From NCBI RefSeq assembly GCF_000002075.1, contig NW_004797282.1, positions 641,813 through 705,812 of the forward strand: DNA of 64,000 nt, read 5' to 3'. Of this stretch, positions 24,007 to 36,243 are shown piece after piece (within the stretch, counting starts at the first letter, position 1; every line of letters begins with the position of its first letter). The DNA is from Aplysia californica (taxonomy: Eukaryota). Under the pieces are notes generated by a model. The model ran no database searches and was not told where the DNA came from. It saw only the letters and a list, made by a program, of their open reading frames with translations. The position numbers and the translations under genes are program-made.

Positions 24007-27000
24007 TTATCTCTCATCCTCTGAGGCGAGATCATTTTTGACTTGATCACTGGCAGCAAAAAGTCGCAGCATTTGCTTCTCCAGTGGATGCATGTGGCCT
24101 GGGATGACCATTGAGTGCAAAGGAGGGCCCATGTCCAGCGCTGCCATCTCCTTCAAGGTTGCCGTAGAAATTTTTTGGTCAGACGCACCAACTCTGGCTA
24201 CAGCCACGCAGATAGAGGAAGGGGTTAAATCTGGGGAATGTCCAGGGCAGTGTAACAATGAGGAAGGTGCATAATCTTGGAGGAGTATTGTACAAAGTTC
24301 TTTACATTATAATGATGATAGTGTGAATGAAATTGTTTGGGGTTTTTTTTTTTGGGGGGGGGGGGGTGGTGGTAAGAGTTTTACGGTCCTCACAACTGCA
24401 TAAAGTTGCAACCAGAATGAAATCTGAGGAATGTTAACTTCGGTACAAAATTACAGTGAGGAAGGGGCATATTGCAAGAAAAGCATAGTTTATAGCTAAA
24501 TACAACTGTGACGATGGCGTGTACAAAATATTAGGAATGTTTAGTGCAGCATAACGATAATGATGAGAAAGGTGTGTAATCTGGGAACAGCATAAACAGT
24601 TAATAATAAAACTATGACAAAAGCCTGAATGAAATCAAATTATCTACATTTGAATGTTTCTCGGTCAGGAAATGGGATAATTTCTGTTGATCAGTCTGAT
24701 CAATAACTCTCACTAGTGTGTGGGAAACTCCAAAGTTTACTCCAAACCAAGTTCACATTACTTAAAACCTCATCATGGCTTGCTCCCTGCCCTTATCTGA
24801 TTAAGATCCCATCAGCACATCATCCAACTTTTCCTCGATTTATTAGACATAACATCTTAGAAGTGGAGCACTGTATGTAAAATTCGTCTTTATCTTGGTG
24901 CAAATCCAGTTTTTGTACACAAGGTAAATTCTATGGTTGTTGAAATGTATTTTAAACTTTAGTGTAAGAGAGAGGTCGTACCCGCATCAGTTTTCTGGTC
25001 CTTGTCTCTTCTCTCTACAATGTCAAGCAACTGCTGGGCCGCCTGGCTGGCACTCAGAAACCGAGGTGGCTCGTAAATGGGGCGTCCTCTGAAGCACAAG
25101 TTCAGCAGAACTGGGTTAACACCTGTTTCATATTTGTGGGTGAAACAGAATATAATATACAGTCGAACCTGTGTAAGACGGCCACCCTTTGTCAAAGAGA
25201 AAAGTGGCCGTATAAGACAGGTGGCTGTCTTGGGCAGGACTGATCAAAATGAAGAAAAAAAACATTTCCGTCTGAGGTCCCAACCGAAGGCAGCCACATT
25301 GTTGTTGTTGTTATTGTTGTTTCTGTTGGTTTGTACTTTGTTAGCTTTTTTATTTTGTTGCTGATTTTGTGCAAAGGTGACAATAAAACGAAATGTGTCA
25401 GATGAGGAAGACAGAGTGCCATAAACAAACACATGGGTCGCCACCACTCGGAGAATGAGCAAAGCTTCTGTTGCAAGTTCATGTTGACGTCCATTGTTAC
25501 TTTGTTACAGACTGGGTAAACAGTGACGACACATCTTACCAACGAGTTGTGGGCAGGGCTTATCGGTATTGAGGGATCACACGCTTACCTCACCAGCAGC
25601 TGAAAGTTTATTGTTACCTGTTGGTCAACAGTGGGAGGGGCCTACGCAATACGGTTGGTTGGAGGGACTACCTAACAACGACAGTTGATTGGATTATCAC
25701 GGCTCGTCCACAACATCAAGGGCCAATACATAATTTATGACAAAACCTTGGGCGATGAGAGAGGTGGACGTATATAAGACAGGAGTTATTGTTTGGTCTG
25801 GAAGGGGTTGCGTGATAAAATATGGTGGCCGCGGCAGCGTTGGACAGGTGACCGTTTTACACAGTGGAATTATATGTAAGGCATCGTGGTGAAATCAGAC
25901 GCTCGTCAAAATAATTAAATCCAAGAAATCGGCATCTTTTTGTCCTGTTTGGAATCTTTTTTCTCCAATTTTTGTTTTTTGGCTCAACACCTAGCATGTC
26001 CATTCAAAAACACTTTTATGTGTGGATTTTATGGGGAAATGTTGATTAATGGCACAACAAATATTTGCAGTTACCAAGGACTCTTAAGCTATGGAAGTCA
26101 CCAAACCTTGGCAGCCATTTTTTTGCTAATTTTACCTCTGAAACCAGGCAACCTTATCTCCTTCAATCGCAAATATCTCAACTTTCTATTCAAAATAAAT
26201 GATTTTTTTCATCAAAGCAAGGCAAAGGAACAATCCTCAAGATGATACCAATAACTCTAAAGGGCTAAAAATTGAGGAGCGCCTGATTCCACTGCGTTGT
26301 GACACATATAGAAAAAACACAGGGNNNNNNNNNNNNNNNNNNNNNNNNNNNNNNNNNNNNNNNNNNNNNNNNNNNNNNNNNNNNNNNNNNNNNNNNNNNN
26401 NNNNNNNNNNNNNNNNNNNNNNNNNNNNNNNNNNNNNNNNNNNNNNNNNNNNNNNNNNNNNNNNNNNNNNNNNNNNNNNNNNNNNNNNNNNNNNNNNNNN
26501 NNNNNNNNNNNNNNNNNNNNNNNNNNNNNNNNNNNNNNNNNNNNNNNNNNNNNNNNNNNNNNNNNNNNNNNNNNNNNNNNNNNNNNNNNNNNNNNNNNNN
26601 NNNNNNNNNNNNNNNNNNNNNNNNNNNNNNNNNNNNNNNNNNNNNNNNNNNNNNNNNNNNNNNNNNNNNNNNNNNNNNNNNNNNNNNNNNNNNNNNNNNN
26701 NNNNNNNNNNNNNNNNNNNNNNNNNNNNNNNNNNNNNNNNNNNNNNNNNNNNNNNNNNNNNNNNNNNNNNNNNNNNNNNNNNNNNNNNNNNNNNNNNNNN
26801 NNNNNNNNNNNNNNNNNNNNNNNNNNNNNNNNNNNNNNNNNNNNNNNNNNNNNNNNNNNNNNNNNNNNNNNNNNNNNNNNNNNNNNNNNNNNNNNNNNNN
26901 NNNNNNNNNNNNNNNNNNNNNNNNNNNNNNNNNNNNNNNNNNNNNNNNNNNNNNNNNNNNNNNNNNNNNNNNNNNNNNNNNNNNNNNNNNNNNNNNNNNN

Positions 27001-30000
27001 NNCTTATTCCACACCCCCCGTTTATTATTTTTTTCCAGCTTGCCCCGACCGATGGTCATATGAAACATTATATATAGAATCTAGATATCTGAATAAAACT
27101 TCTTTATTTTTTTGTAGATGGCAAATTACCATCAGTATTAGTACCGGCCAGGTTGGATATCTCAATTTTCTGTGCATTTTTAAAACTTGTACATTGGTGT
27201 ATATTTGAAAAAAAATGAAACTGGTTTGTAAAATTTGTTCGTAATTGGGAAAAGATGTCACAGTAACTTACTAAAATTTCATGATCTCTTGACCTTTTAT
27301 TCACTGAAGGAAAAATAACACAGATTTGTTCCTACTAGTACAGGGGTATGAGGATGAATGTGTCCCCCCCCCCTTTTTATCCCCCCCCCCCCCCCTTTTA
27401 CTATTTTGGATGGACCACTTGTCCAACCCCCGTTTATTAATTGTGGACCACTTGTGTGTAAATACCCGTATACCTTGAACAGAAGTCAAGACATTTGTAT
27501 TTGAAGGAGGTGAGGTTGCTTGGTTTCAGTGGTGAAATTATCCAGAATATGACCGTCACAGTTTGGTAACTCCAATAGCTAAAGAGTCCTTGAAAACTGA
27601 AAAATGACGTATATATTTTTCAGTAAAATTCACCTGGAAATGTGTTTTTATATATGGAAATAAGAGGGGTAGAGCAAAAAAATTAAAATTTTATAAAAGT
27701 TTCGTAACTTTTGGGAAAATGCCTGTTTCTCCGATTTCTGTATTTTGATGAGCGCCTGATTTCACCACGCTGCCTCTCATATGTTTGGCGTAATGATATG
27801 AATGTCTCAACAACCTGGAGCCAACAGACTTGAGATCTTTTCTATCATATGAGTACCGTTGAAATATGATTATTCTTTCTTTTTACTAAGATGCCATTAT
27901 TGTGATGCTGTTTTCCCTTCATCGGGTTACGTAAAACTTGAAGGGAGAGCCCCCAACTTTTGTCTCTTAATAGAATTTCCTCTGTAAAAATATTCTTACA
28001 TTTCGCTCAGACAAATTTTGTGATTCCACTTGACAGTGTCTGACTCAGCAAATACCAAGACAGGCTTCTAAATGAAGAATTTGTAAGTTCGCTGTGTCCG
28101 TTACCAAAGTACTCCTATGAGAGCCATTGTTAACAGGGTCTGTCATGTGGAAGTTAGGCACTCCACCATCACATGCACAATACCTGAATTTGATTTCAGA
28201 ATGGTAAGAATTTTTATGAGTACCTCTATCGTAATCTGCTTGAACATGATTGTATCCCTCTCAGCGTGGGTTGGATCTGACAGACAGGGTTGATGCCCAC
28301 ATTGTCTGAATTGTACAGATTAGAGTATACGGCACCAACACTTTTTTTTAAAAAGGTCCATTTTTCTCTCGCATACAAAAGCTAACACAATACAATTAAA
28401 TACACTTCACTGGAAAAGTCATCATAATGATCATCAAAACTTACTTCATCAAGTTCTCGATTGTCTGTTCTTTCATCTTGATATCTGACCAAATGAAAAA
28501 AATAAGCACAGGATACTTTAAACCTGAAATACACTCCCAGATGAAAACGCTTTCCAAATAAATATTTTGCATTGTACTAAAAACAATAATTATCCTTCTT
28601 GCTTGTTAATAAATTTAAGCTAAAAGTAAAAGACAGGGACAATTGTACATTTCAACTTTAAGACAGAAATAAAATCAGCTGCATAAATAAAAGATAAAAG
28701 AAACCTGTGCTCTGTTTGTTTCACATGAGGGTACATCATTTAATGCATATGTGAGGCAGCGTGGTGGAATCAGGCTCTCGTCAAAAAAATGAAACAGAGG
28801 AAAACAGCAGTTTTCTCCCTGCTTAGCAATTTTTATCAAATTTTTGTTTTTTGGCTCAACTCCTTTTATGACCATTTACAAACACATTCCCATGAGGATT
28901 TCATCGAAAACGCTTATTAAAGGCACAAAAATATAAATTTAGTTTCCATGGACTCTCCAGCTTTGGAATTTACAAAGCTTTGGCAGCTATTTTCTCCCTA
29001 ATTTCTCCTCTTAAACCAGGTGACCCCCACCTCCTTCAATCCAAAATATCTCCACTTCTATTGAAGATGGGTGGGTAATTTTTTCATAAAAAGCAAGACA
29101 AATGAACAAGCTTTAAGATGATACCAATAACTCAATATGCCCAAAAATTGACGAGAGCTGATTCCACCACGCTGCATCATATATGTCTATATTTGAAGAC
29201 GACTTTTTAAAAAATAATTTGATTAACAATTAATTATCATAAACAAGAGAATGACCCCTACTGATTTAACCAGGTGAAAAAAAATGTCACAAACTCCATG
29301 CCCACATCTTTCTCCATATAACTGATAGATGGAAAGAGCTGGTTTGTATATATATAAAAAGGTGGTGATACATTGAATGAAAAATAACAAACAGGTGGAT
29401 CGCATTGAATAAAACCAAAAGACAAATAAGATTTAGTTTAGTTTAGTAAGAGTTTTTCTGCATTCGCAACTGCATTAGGTCAACGTAAGATTTGAGGTAC
29501 GTACATGAAAACAGTGTTTACAAAAAGTAAAGTATTAAAAAACCCACTTAAAAAAAAAAAAAATAAAAAAATAAATAACACATACCGAGCAAACACAAAG
29601 TGTGCATGCCTCTCTCTCTGTTGACAAGGATTTTATCGTAAAAACTCTCTGGCTGCCAATCTTCAGTCCAGAATACAATGGAAACTGTCTCACCATAGTT
29701 GTACAGCTGAAACAAAAGGGAAAACAACATAATGGTAAAAATGCTACAGTCGACTATGGATGAGTAGATGTCGTCAGGGGAGTAAAAAAAACTGATCAAC
29801 TCATCCGAAGTCAAATTTAACTTTTGAGAACTGTAAATAGAATAAAAAGAGGCGCTGGGACCCGAGAAAAAGATCAACTTAACTGAAGATCAACTCAAGC
29901 GAAGTCGGCTGTACTACACACAGTAAAACATTTTCCTACATTTTCAGCGGTTGTGATAAAAATTTCACTAGCCACAACCAATACAACTTTTGGAAGAAGA

Positions 30001-31386
30001 TTATGTTTTAAAAAGCATCTGTTAAAATACAGTAAAGCTATTTTCTCCAGGTATAACCAGCACTCAGCTGCAACATACAGTCTTCTATACCCTGAGCCTC
30101 ACCATCCCCATTTTCAGGTATAGGTCATATGCAGCTTAGCAAAGTAACAGGAACATTTTGTGGTCTGAAGACGAGATGCTATACTGAGGTGAACTGTTAA
30201 AAAAAAAAGCACCACAGTCTGGTAAATAAAGTCATTTCCCCCCAAAACATTACAAATAACAAATCAAGCTCATTCCTCATTCAAGACAACATATTTATAT
30301 CAACACATGTGTTCCATCATCAAAAAGTTACAGAACATTGACATCAAGTGAAAAGCTAAAAAAATTTTTTTTTTTTAAAGGAAACTTCTGAAAAACCAGT
30401 ATTAAACTGGGGTATTAATATAAGTTTAAGCATCAATCTGCAATAAGGAGGTTCTTTATCTGCAATAAAAACATTGGCAACCTAAAGGGCACAGACACAT
30501 AAATAATCTCTTGAATAAACACAAAGAGACCATGCAAAGTATTGAGAGTGATTTAAATACAGTTGAACCAACTTTAATGGCCACCTTTAAATGACAGTAC
30601 AAACAGCCACTTCCCATTCCCTCTCTTTCGCATATTTTTCACACTTTAATGACGTTGTGTAAGACGGTCACCTGTCTCAGACAGCCACTTTTTCTCTGAA
30701 CAATGTGTGGCCCCTTTAGACAGTTTCATTTGTGATTTGATTTGCTTGGCAAGATACAGAGAGTAATATACAACACTGTATTTTCTCTGCAAAACTCAGC
30801 ACAACAATTTCTTACTTGCAGTCCACAACATCCAATAGCATTCATGATGGAAGCATTGTGGATGACAAAGTATGGGATATTCTTCTCTACAGCACGAAGG
30901 ATCAGGTCTGTGTGGGTAGTTGCTCTGCAAAAATGGTAAAAGTCATAATTTTAATAGTATTCCTAATTTATTTTCATTTCAATCACAGAACTTAAAAACG
31001 GTGTGAGCATCATAATAAGACTACAACAACATGTACTGGATACCAATTCCCTGGCTGGTCCTTTGCTTGAATGAAGTCTAATTCTTAAAGTTAGGTACTA
31101 ATATTCCGGTGTCACAATAAGGGCATCCCTTATAGCAGACTTCATTCATCATTTCCTCATAATAGACCAGGGGAGATTTACCCTGTAAAAGCAAGAAAAC
31201 ACATATCTATATGTGTACATATGGTACTGCAGTAAATTCAATTACTAACATTTAAGAAACAAAGCAGCATCTTTACTTTACCAGTCAGAAGAGAGAGGGG
31301 AAGAAGAGGAAAGCAGAGAGAGAGGGGAAGAAGAGGAAAGCAGAGAGAGAGAGGAGTGAGAGTGAGTGAGTGATTGTGAGAGAGAA

Positions 31387-31430
<44 letters not shown>

Positions 31431-34400
31431 TGAGAGAGAGAGTTTTAAATCTGAGGAGGTTCCATCATGCTTCTTATCATCAAAGTTAATTACAAATGAA
31501 ACAGCATATTAAACAAGCACAAAGGTAAAAGGAACAAGAAGAAAGTGCACACAACATAGATGGCTGGTGCCTCTATAAATAAATAATTGATGGTCAAGGT
31601 CAAGGACAACAGTACAAAACTCACCCTAAAGGGTCTCCAACAACAAGGAACGATATGTCCTCAGTATCAGCCCCTTCCATGAGCTCATCTGAAGGATTCA
31701 TAAAAGATAACAATTTAAACACTTTGTTATAACACACAAAGACTAATTTGGTTTATAGATTACGTTCATTTTTTTACAAATAAAAAAAAACAACAACAAC
31801 CATAAAAAAACCAAGAGTGCTATGTTCAAATATAATCACAAGAAGTTTGCTCAACAGATTAATATAACAAAACAAAAAAAAAAGGCTTTCCACCCCTTTG
31901 AGTATTACGTTTCATTGAACCTGTTATACGCCTTCACAGCTAACAGTGAGTATTAAAAAGTTCATAAAACTGTTTTTAAAATGCTTAAGTGTATAAGTAT
32001 TAGATCTTCTTCTTTCATCGTTCTGAAAAGGTACTCACCGGAGGCCTGCTCCACCATATCCCGGTCTGCCAGTATTACTTCTCTGCCATAGAATGACTCC
32101 TGCAAAATAACAGATTATAATATTTTCAATAGATGTACTAACATTGTTGCTTGATGCTAGGTGTAAACGAACCATGGTTTATCAGCTATTTGAAGATATC
32201 ACTCTCTCTTATTTTCATTCACGTTATAGGTAATAACCCAAGAATCAAACTGACCATGATGCCTATCTATAAGCTATTTATAACTTTATGCACAGGCAGA
32301 CGAAAAGGATTGGTCAGGAACTCCATCAGACTAAAATGGTTAAAAGACTGAAATTTTTGTAAGTAAGACAAAACAAAAGTACTCACTGTAATCTTAATCC
32401 TCACTCTTACCTCGCAATTATTATTGAAAACGAAAATCTAAAAGTCATAGATCTCTTCACAAGGAGGCTCCACTATAAACAGTAAACGGGCACTTGATCA
32501 AAAGGTAAATACAGTATAACACGGATAGCTCGAATTCGTCGGTAGTTCGAGGGATGTCTTACAAAGATAAAGAGGAAAATAATAATAATAATAAATAATA
32601 GATAGCATTTGTATAGCTCATATCCCCGCTCAGCAGCAGGCTCTATGCGCTTTACACTATATTATTACCCCAGCAGACCATAGAACACTCAGAAACATTC
32701 TCAGCTTCCCGGGAAGCATACAGTGCGAGCAGCCGATTAAGCGCTCAAACACTAACAAACTGACAAGATCTTTCGCTGTCTATAGCCGGGTACCCATTCC
32801 CACCTGGGTGAAGTGAGGAAAATTCGTGTAAAGTGCCTTTCCCAAGGACACAACGTCGGGCCCTTGACGGGATTCGAACCCACGACCTTACGGTTGCGAG
32901 TCCGAAAGCCTAACCACTAGGCCACCGACGCCACAAAAAACAAACAAACCGGGACCGTAGGCACAGTTCGAAGGATGCGTGACTTCGAGTCTGCTGTGTT
33001 CGACCTATCCGTGTTAAACTGTAAAAACCTTCCATGACTGAGTAAAATATCAAAGTTTGGAGCATTTGAAATCTAATCAACAAGACAAAGATGATAAGAG
33101 TATCAAGAATTCATTCTGAGCATACTGCTGTGTGACAGTGAGACTCCGACAGTGCACTCACCTCAGGTTTGATCGGAGTTGTACACTACTACTATTAATT
33201 TAATTATTAATTTGTGACGCGTCATAGTGAAATCAGGTGCTCGTCAAAGTAGTGAAATCTAAGAAATCTGCATTTTTTTGGCTGATGGGCAATTTTTTTC
33301 TTATTTTCTTTTTTTGGTCATCACCTTTTATGTCCTTTTAAAAACACATTTCTATGTTTCTATGTGGATTTACTTAAAAACATTGATTAAAGGCATAAAA
33401 CAATGTAAATTTATAGTTTCCTATGACTTTCAGGCAATGGAAGTTAACAAACTTTGGCTGCCATTTTCTCGCAAATTTTACCTCTGAAACCAGATGACCC
33501 TGACCTTCTTCAATCACAAATAATTTGACTACTGTTCAACATGGATAATTTTTTAAGATGATACCAATTTCCCAATAAGCCCCAAAATTGACGAGCGCCT
33601 GATTCCACTATGTCGAGACACATTTTATAATACAGTCCGTGTCAGCTTTAAGCACGCTGGCATAACACCCATCTTGGACTCAAGCACGCAAAACGGCTCT
33701 TACCAAATTTTTGCTACTATATAAATTACACGCCTATAAGCACGGTAACTTCGGCTTCGGGCACGCTTCATTTATAAGACAGTCAATACTTTCATGATGA
33801 CCCATCGAAGTTTGAACGCAGTCTACACCGCAGCAGTGAGTGTGTTAAGAGAAGCACAAAGAACGCAAGTGATAGACACACACACGCGGAGAGGAAGGCA
33901 GAGGGATGTACATACAGCCACGCTCGTGGACATAGGATCTAGCCTAGGGCAAAGCTACACCACAGACGAAATAAATACAAAGAGAGTTGGGGAGACGAGA
34001 AAGGGAGGTTGGTTGCGATTTCACCTTTGCTCCTTGCTATCCATTAATACTGATTATGTATCACATGCGAGGTGGGATATGAAGTATGAAGGCGGTAGTA
34101 TGAATGTGTCACAGCGGGCAGTGGTACACAAAGGCAGTGTGTAGGCCTAGTGTGCTGTATTGTGACTGGCTGTCTCAATTAAGTTTTCATTTCCCATTTG
34201 ACCAAAAAACAAAACAAACAAACTAAAAAAACTACCACGGCGGGTAAAAATTACAGTGCACACTTTTGCAGGACCACTATAGACCTACTTACAAACAAAG
34301 GGAAATAGCACAGGAAACTTTCTACATGAAAATCTTTGGAGTATGTCTACTTCACACTCAAGCACGCTTCGGCATTAAGCACGCTCAAGCTTTCTTCCGA

Positions 34401-35861
34401 TGACCCTGCTTAAAGCCGGCATAGACTGTATAGTTTTATGCAATCTCCGGTTTTGGCCGGACTCATGCCAGGAGTACTGGAGTATTGATATTGACTTTAC
34501 TTTAAAACTCGATATCAATGTTTTATCCGAAAGAGAGCGAGAGATGCGCTGTCTGCAGCGCTTTCGCCGCAAATCAGGCAATCGAAATAATTACGGGCCG
34601 AACCCGGACTGGGGACGCAGGAAGTGGAAGTGGAAGAGCTGAAGGCAACGCCGTCTGCTATTTTTCAGTACAAAATGAGCAGTATTAGTAATATTTCATT
34701 AACAACAAAGAGAGGTTTTCATGGGTCTCAACTCAGAATTCTAAAAAAGGAGGAACTTTCCGGGTGATCGCCACAGAAGCCCATTTTCGCGAAACACCCA
34801 TTATTATTATATTATTATACTGTTGAACTCTAGAATGCTGAAATAAAAACCATCAATTTATCAAAGCAATGTTATTTCACACCAATTTGAGGGTTTGGGA
34901 GATAATTTCAAGTAAGAGTCACGTACCAAATATTTACATTCTTGATTACGTACAGAAAATGGTGGCGCCAGGGGTCTTGTGCGACTTATTTACATTTTCC
35001 CTTCATCATATATTTGCCTGTATATATAAACTATATAAAAATGAATCTTGTTTTGAGCCTAGAACCAGAATATCGACTATGATGATTCATATATATATAT
35101 ATATATAGGCCTATATAATAAAAACGTGAAAGATAAAAATTAATGCTCAAACTCAAAGTAGAGTACAATAGCCCAAGTAGACCTATTCAGTGTGAGAGGT
35201 GTAAGAACTGTGGGAGGGCAAGATGCAGCTGCAGTGATACTGAAAATCAGCGAATCTTGAACAGAAAGCTAAAATATAGAGATATCTAATTTACTGTCAC
35301 CAATCCAATGACACGCGAATAGTAAGTTCCATAACACGCTTACAAGTTATATGAAGGTTCCCGATTTCACACAAGGCCTGCACCAACGCACAATTTACTT
35401 TGCAGACAGCTGTGAAGTAGATCTAGATCTAGTAATCAAAATTTTATACATAAAACATTTATTTACAGTTTCAGTTTTTTTGTCCTCTGGTATTGCGTCC
35501 AGCCCTCCCCCTATCCCCGAGTGTGTCTTTAGCGGACTATATTATTGAGACCCATGAGGGGTTTCAGGCCTACTGGCCCAGACACAAGTGCAAGACTTAG
35601 TAGACTCTAGGACTAGATCTAGATTCTTGTTAGTACAGCTCTAGATTTAAATTTAGATTAGATCTAGATCTAGATCTTAAGAATCCTATCTACTGTCTTC
35701 TTTAATAATAACAGACACCTTCTTACCAAGGCTTCTTTGCCGACGGTTAGGATTGAAGTGTACGCTTCAAGGTATACCCGTTTGGAACTTTTAACAACTT
35801 CCAAGCCTTTAACGGTGATATCTTTAGCATCACCTAGTCCTATTCCAATAAGATAGAACAT
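24007..35861 (-). CDS. DPH5: Diphthine methyl ester synthase (spliced, 8 exons, 286 aa)
   Basis: Exons 35861-35727, 32099-32039, 31688-31625, 30924-30816, 29706-29586, 28484-28445, 25088-24982, 24230-24007. GT-AG introns, 861 nt total. Motifs: [92 protein letters not shown]. Confidence 0.97.
25160..25870. mobile_element. Tigger/pogo-like non-autonomous element (relatives at ~30560-30735 and 59458-59630)
   Basis: Starts TA|CAGTCGAACCTGTGTAAGACGGCCACC, with recurring GACAGGTGGC motifs. The right end is interrupted by another MITE. Confidence 0.6.
26325..27002. other. Assembly gap
   Basis: Run of N inside DPH5 intron 6. Confidence 1.
28747..29184. mobile_element. ~435-bp MITE family, unclassified (other copies ~25872-26310, ending ~27785, ~33211-33622, ~44602-45051)
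   Basis: TIR ATATGTG.GGCAGCGTGGTG(G/A)AATCAGGC(G/T)CTCGTCAA and its reverse complement. Interiors align between copies. Confidence 0.8.
29747..29911. mobile_element. Short Tc1/mariner-type MITE
   Basis: TA|CAGTCGACT ... AGTCGGCTG|TA, with repeated GATCAACT motifs. Confidence 0.55.
31288..31442. repeat. (GA)n microsatellite / purine-rich repeat
   Basis: Direct inspection. Confidence 0.9.
32512..33021. mobile_element. Tigger/pogo-like MITE interrupted by a SINE
   Basis: TA|CAGTATAACACGGATAGCTCGAA ... TTCGACCTATCCGTGTTAAACTG|TA. Confidence 0.75.
32579..32932 (-). mobile_element. Full-length tRNA-derived SINE with an L2-type 3' tail
   Basis: A box TGGCCTAGTGG and B box GGTTCGAATCC in the head. 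Central GTGTCCTTGGGAAAGGCACTTTAC...CACCCAGGTG..AATGGGTACC. Tail TGTAAAGCGC..GCTATACAAATG(TAT)n. Confidence 0.9.
33633..34428. mobile_element. Tc1/mariner-type non-autonomous element
   Basis: TA|CAGTCCGTGTCAGCTTTAAGCA ... TGCTTAAAGCCGGCATAGACTG|TA, with repeated AAGCACG motifs. Confidence 0.7.
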
Positions 35862-36243
35862 CTTATCTTATCTAGCCGAAAGAAACAGTTTACAACAGCT
35901 GAAGACAGACTGTGCTGTGTACAGTGTACAGCGAGGAAGTCAGACCGGAAGTTGTAACACGAAAGTAAAAGTAGCCTGCATTACATAGGCCTAATCAGAA
36001 AAGAAGTACTTCCTGTCGAAATCCGTCGAATTCTATCAACGATTTATCCATTGGCTGTCTATTTATATCAACACCAATCACAATTCATGTGTCAAAGACG
36101 TAATAAAATGACACAGCTAAGTTGCTTGCTGTAGTGGAGTTAAAGTGGAGTAAGTGTATACACAGTAGGCTACTCGACAGTAAAGTGAAGTGTGGAATTA
36201 AAAACAGTTTGGGATAGCGGAATTTCCAAGTTTGTTGTTCACA
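35862..36243. promoter_or_regulatory. Bidirectional promoter region between DPH5 and UBE3C
   Basis: Divergent ATGs separated by 382 bp. Tandem ETS-type GGAAGT sites (~35935, ~35948), ACTTCC at ~36008, and CCAAT boxes in opposite orientations (ATTGG ~36050, CCAAT ~36074). Confidence 0.75.

Noticed and set aside
24555-24630. Possible intronic C/D snoRNA (ATGATGA...CTGA) in DPH5 intron 7
   Set aside because: No terminal stem or recognisable rRNA guide; such boxes occur by chance in AT-rich DNA
26199-27077. Long ORFs of 254-292 aa
   Set aside because: Artefacts of reading through the N gap
32860-32932. tRNA gene (Arg-like)
   Set aside because: It is the head of a SINE: the acceptor stem does not pair well, and it runs into the SINE body and tail
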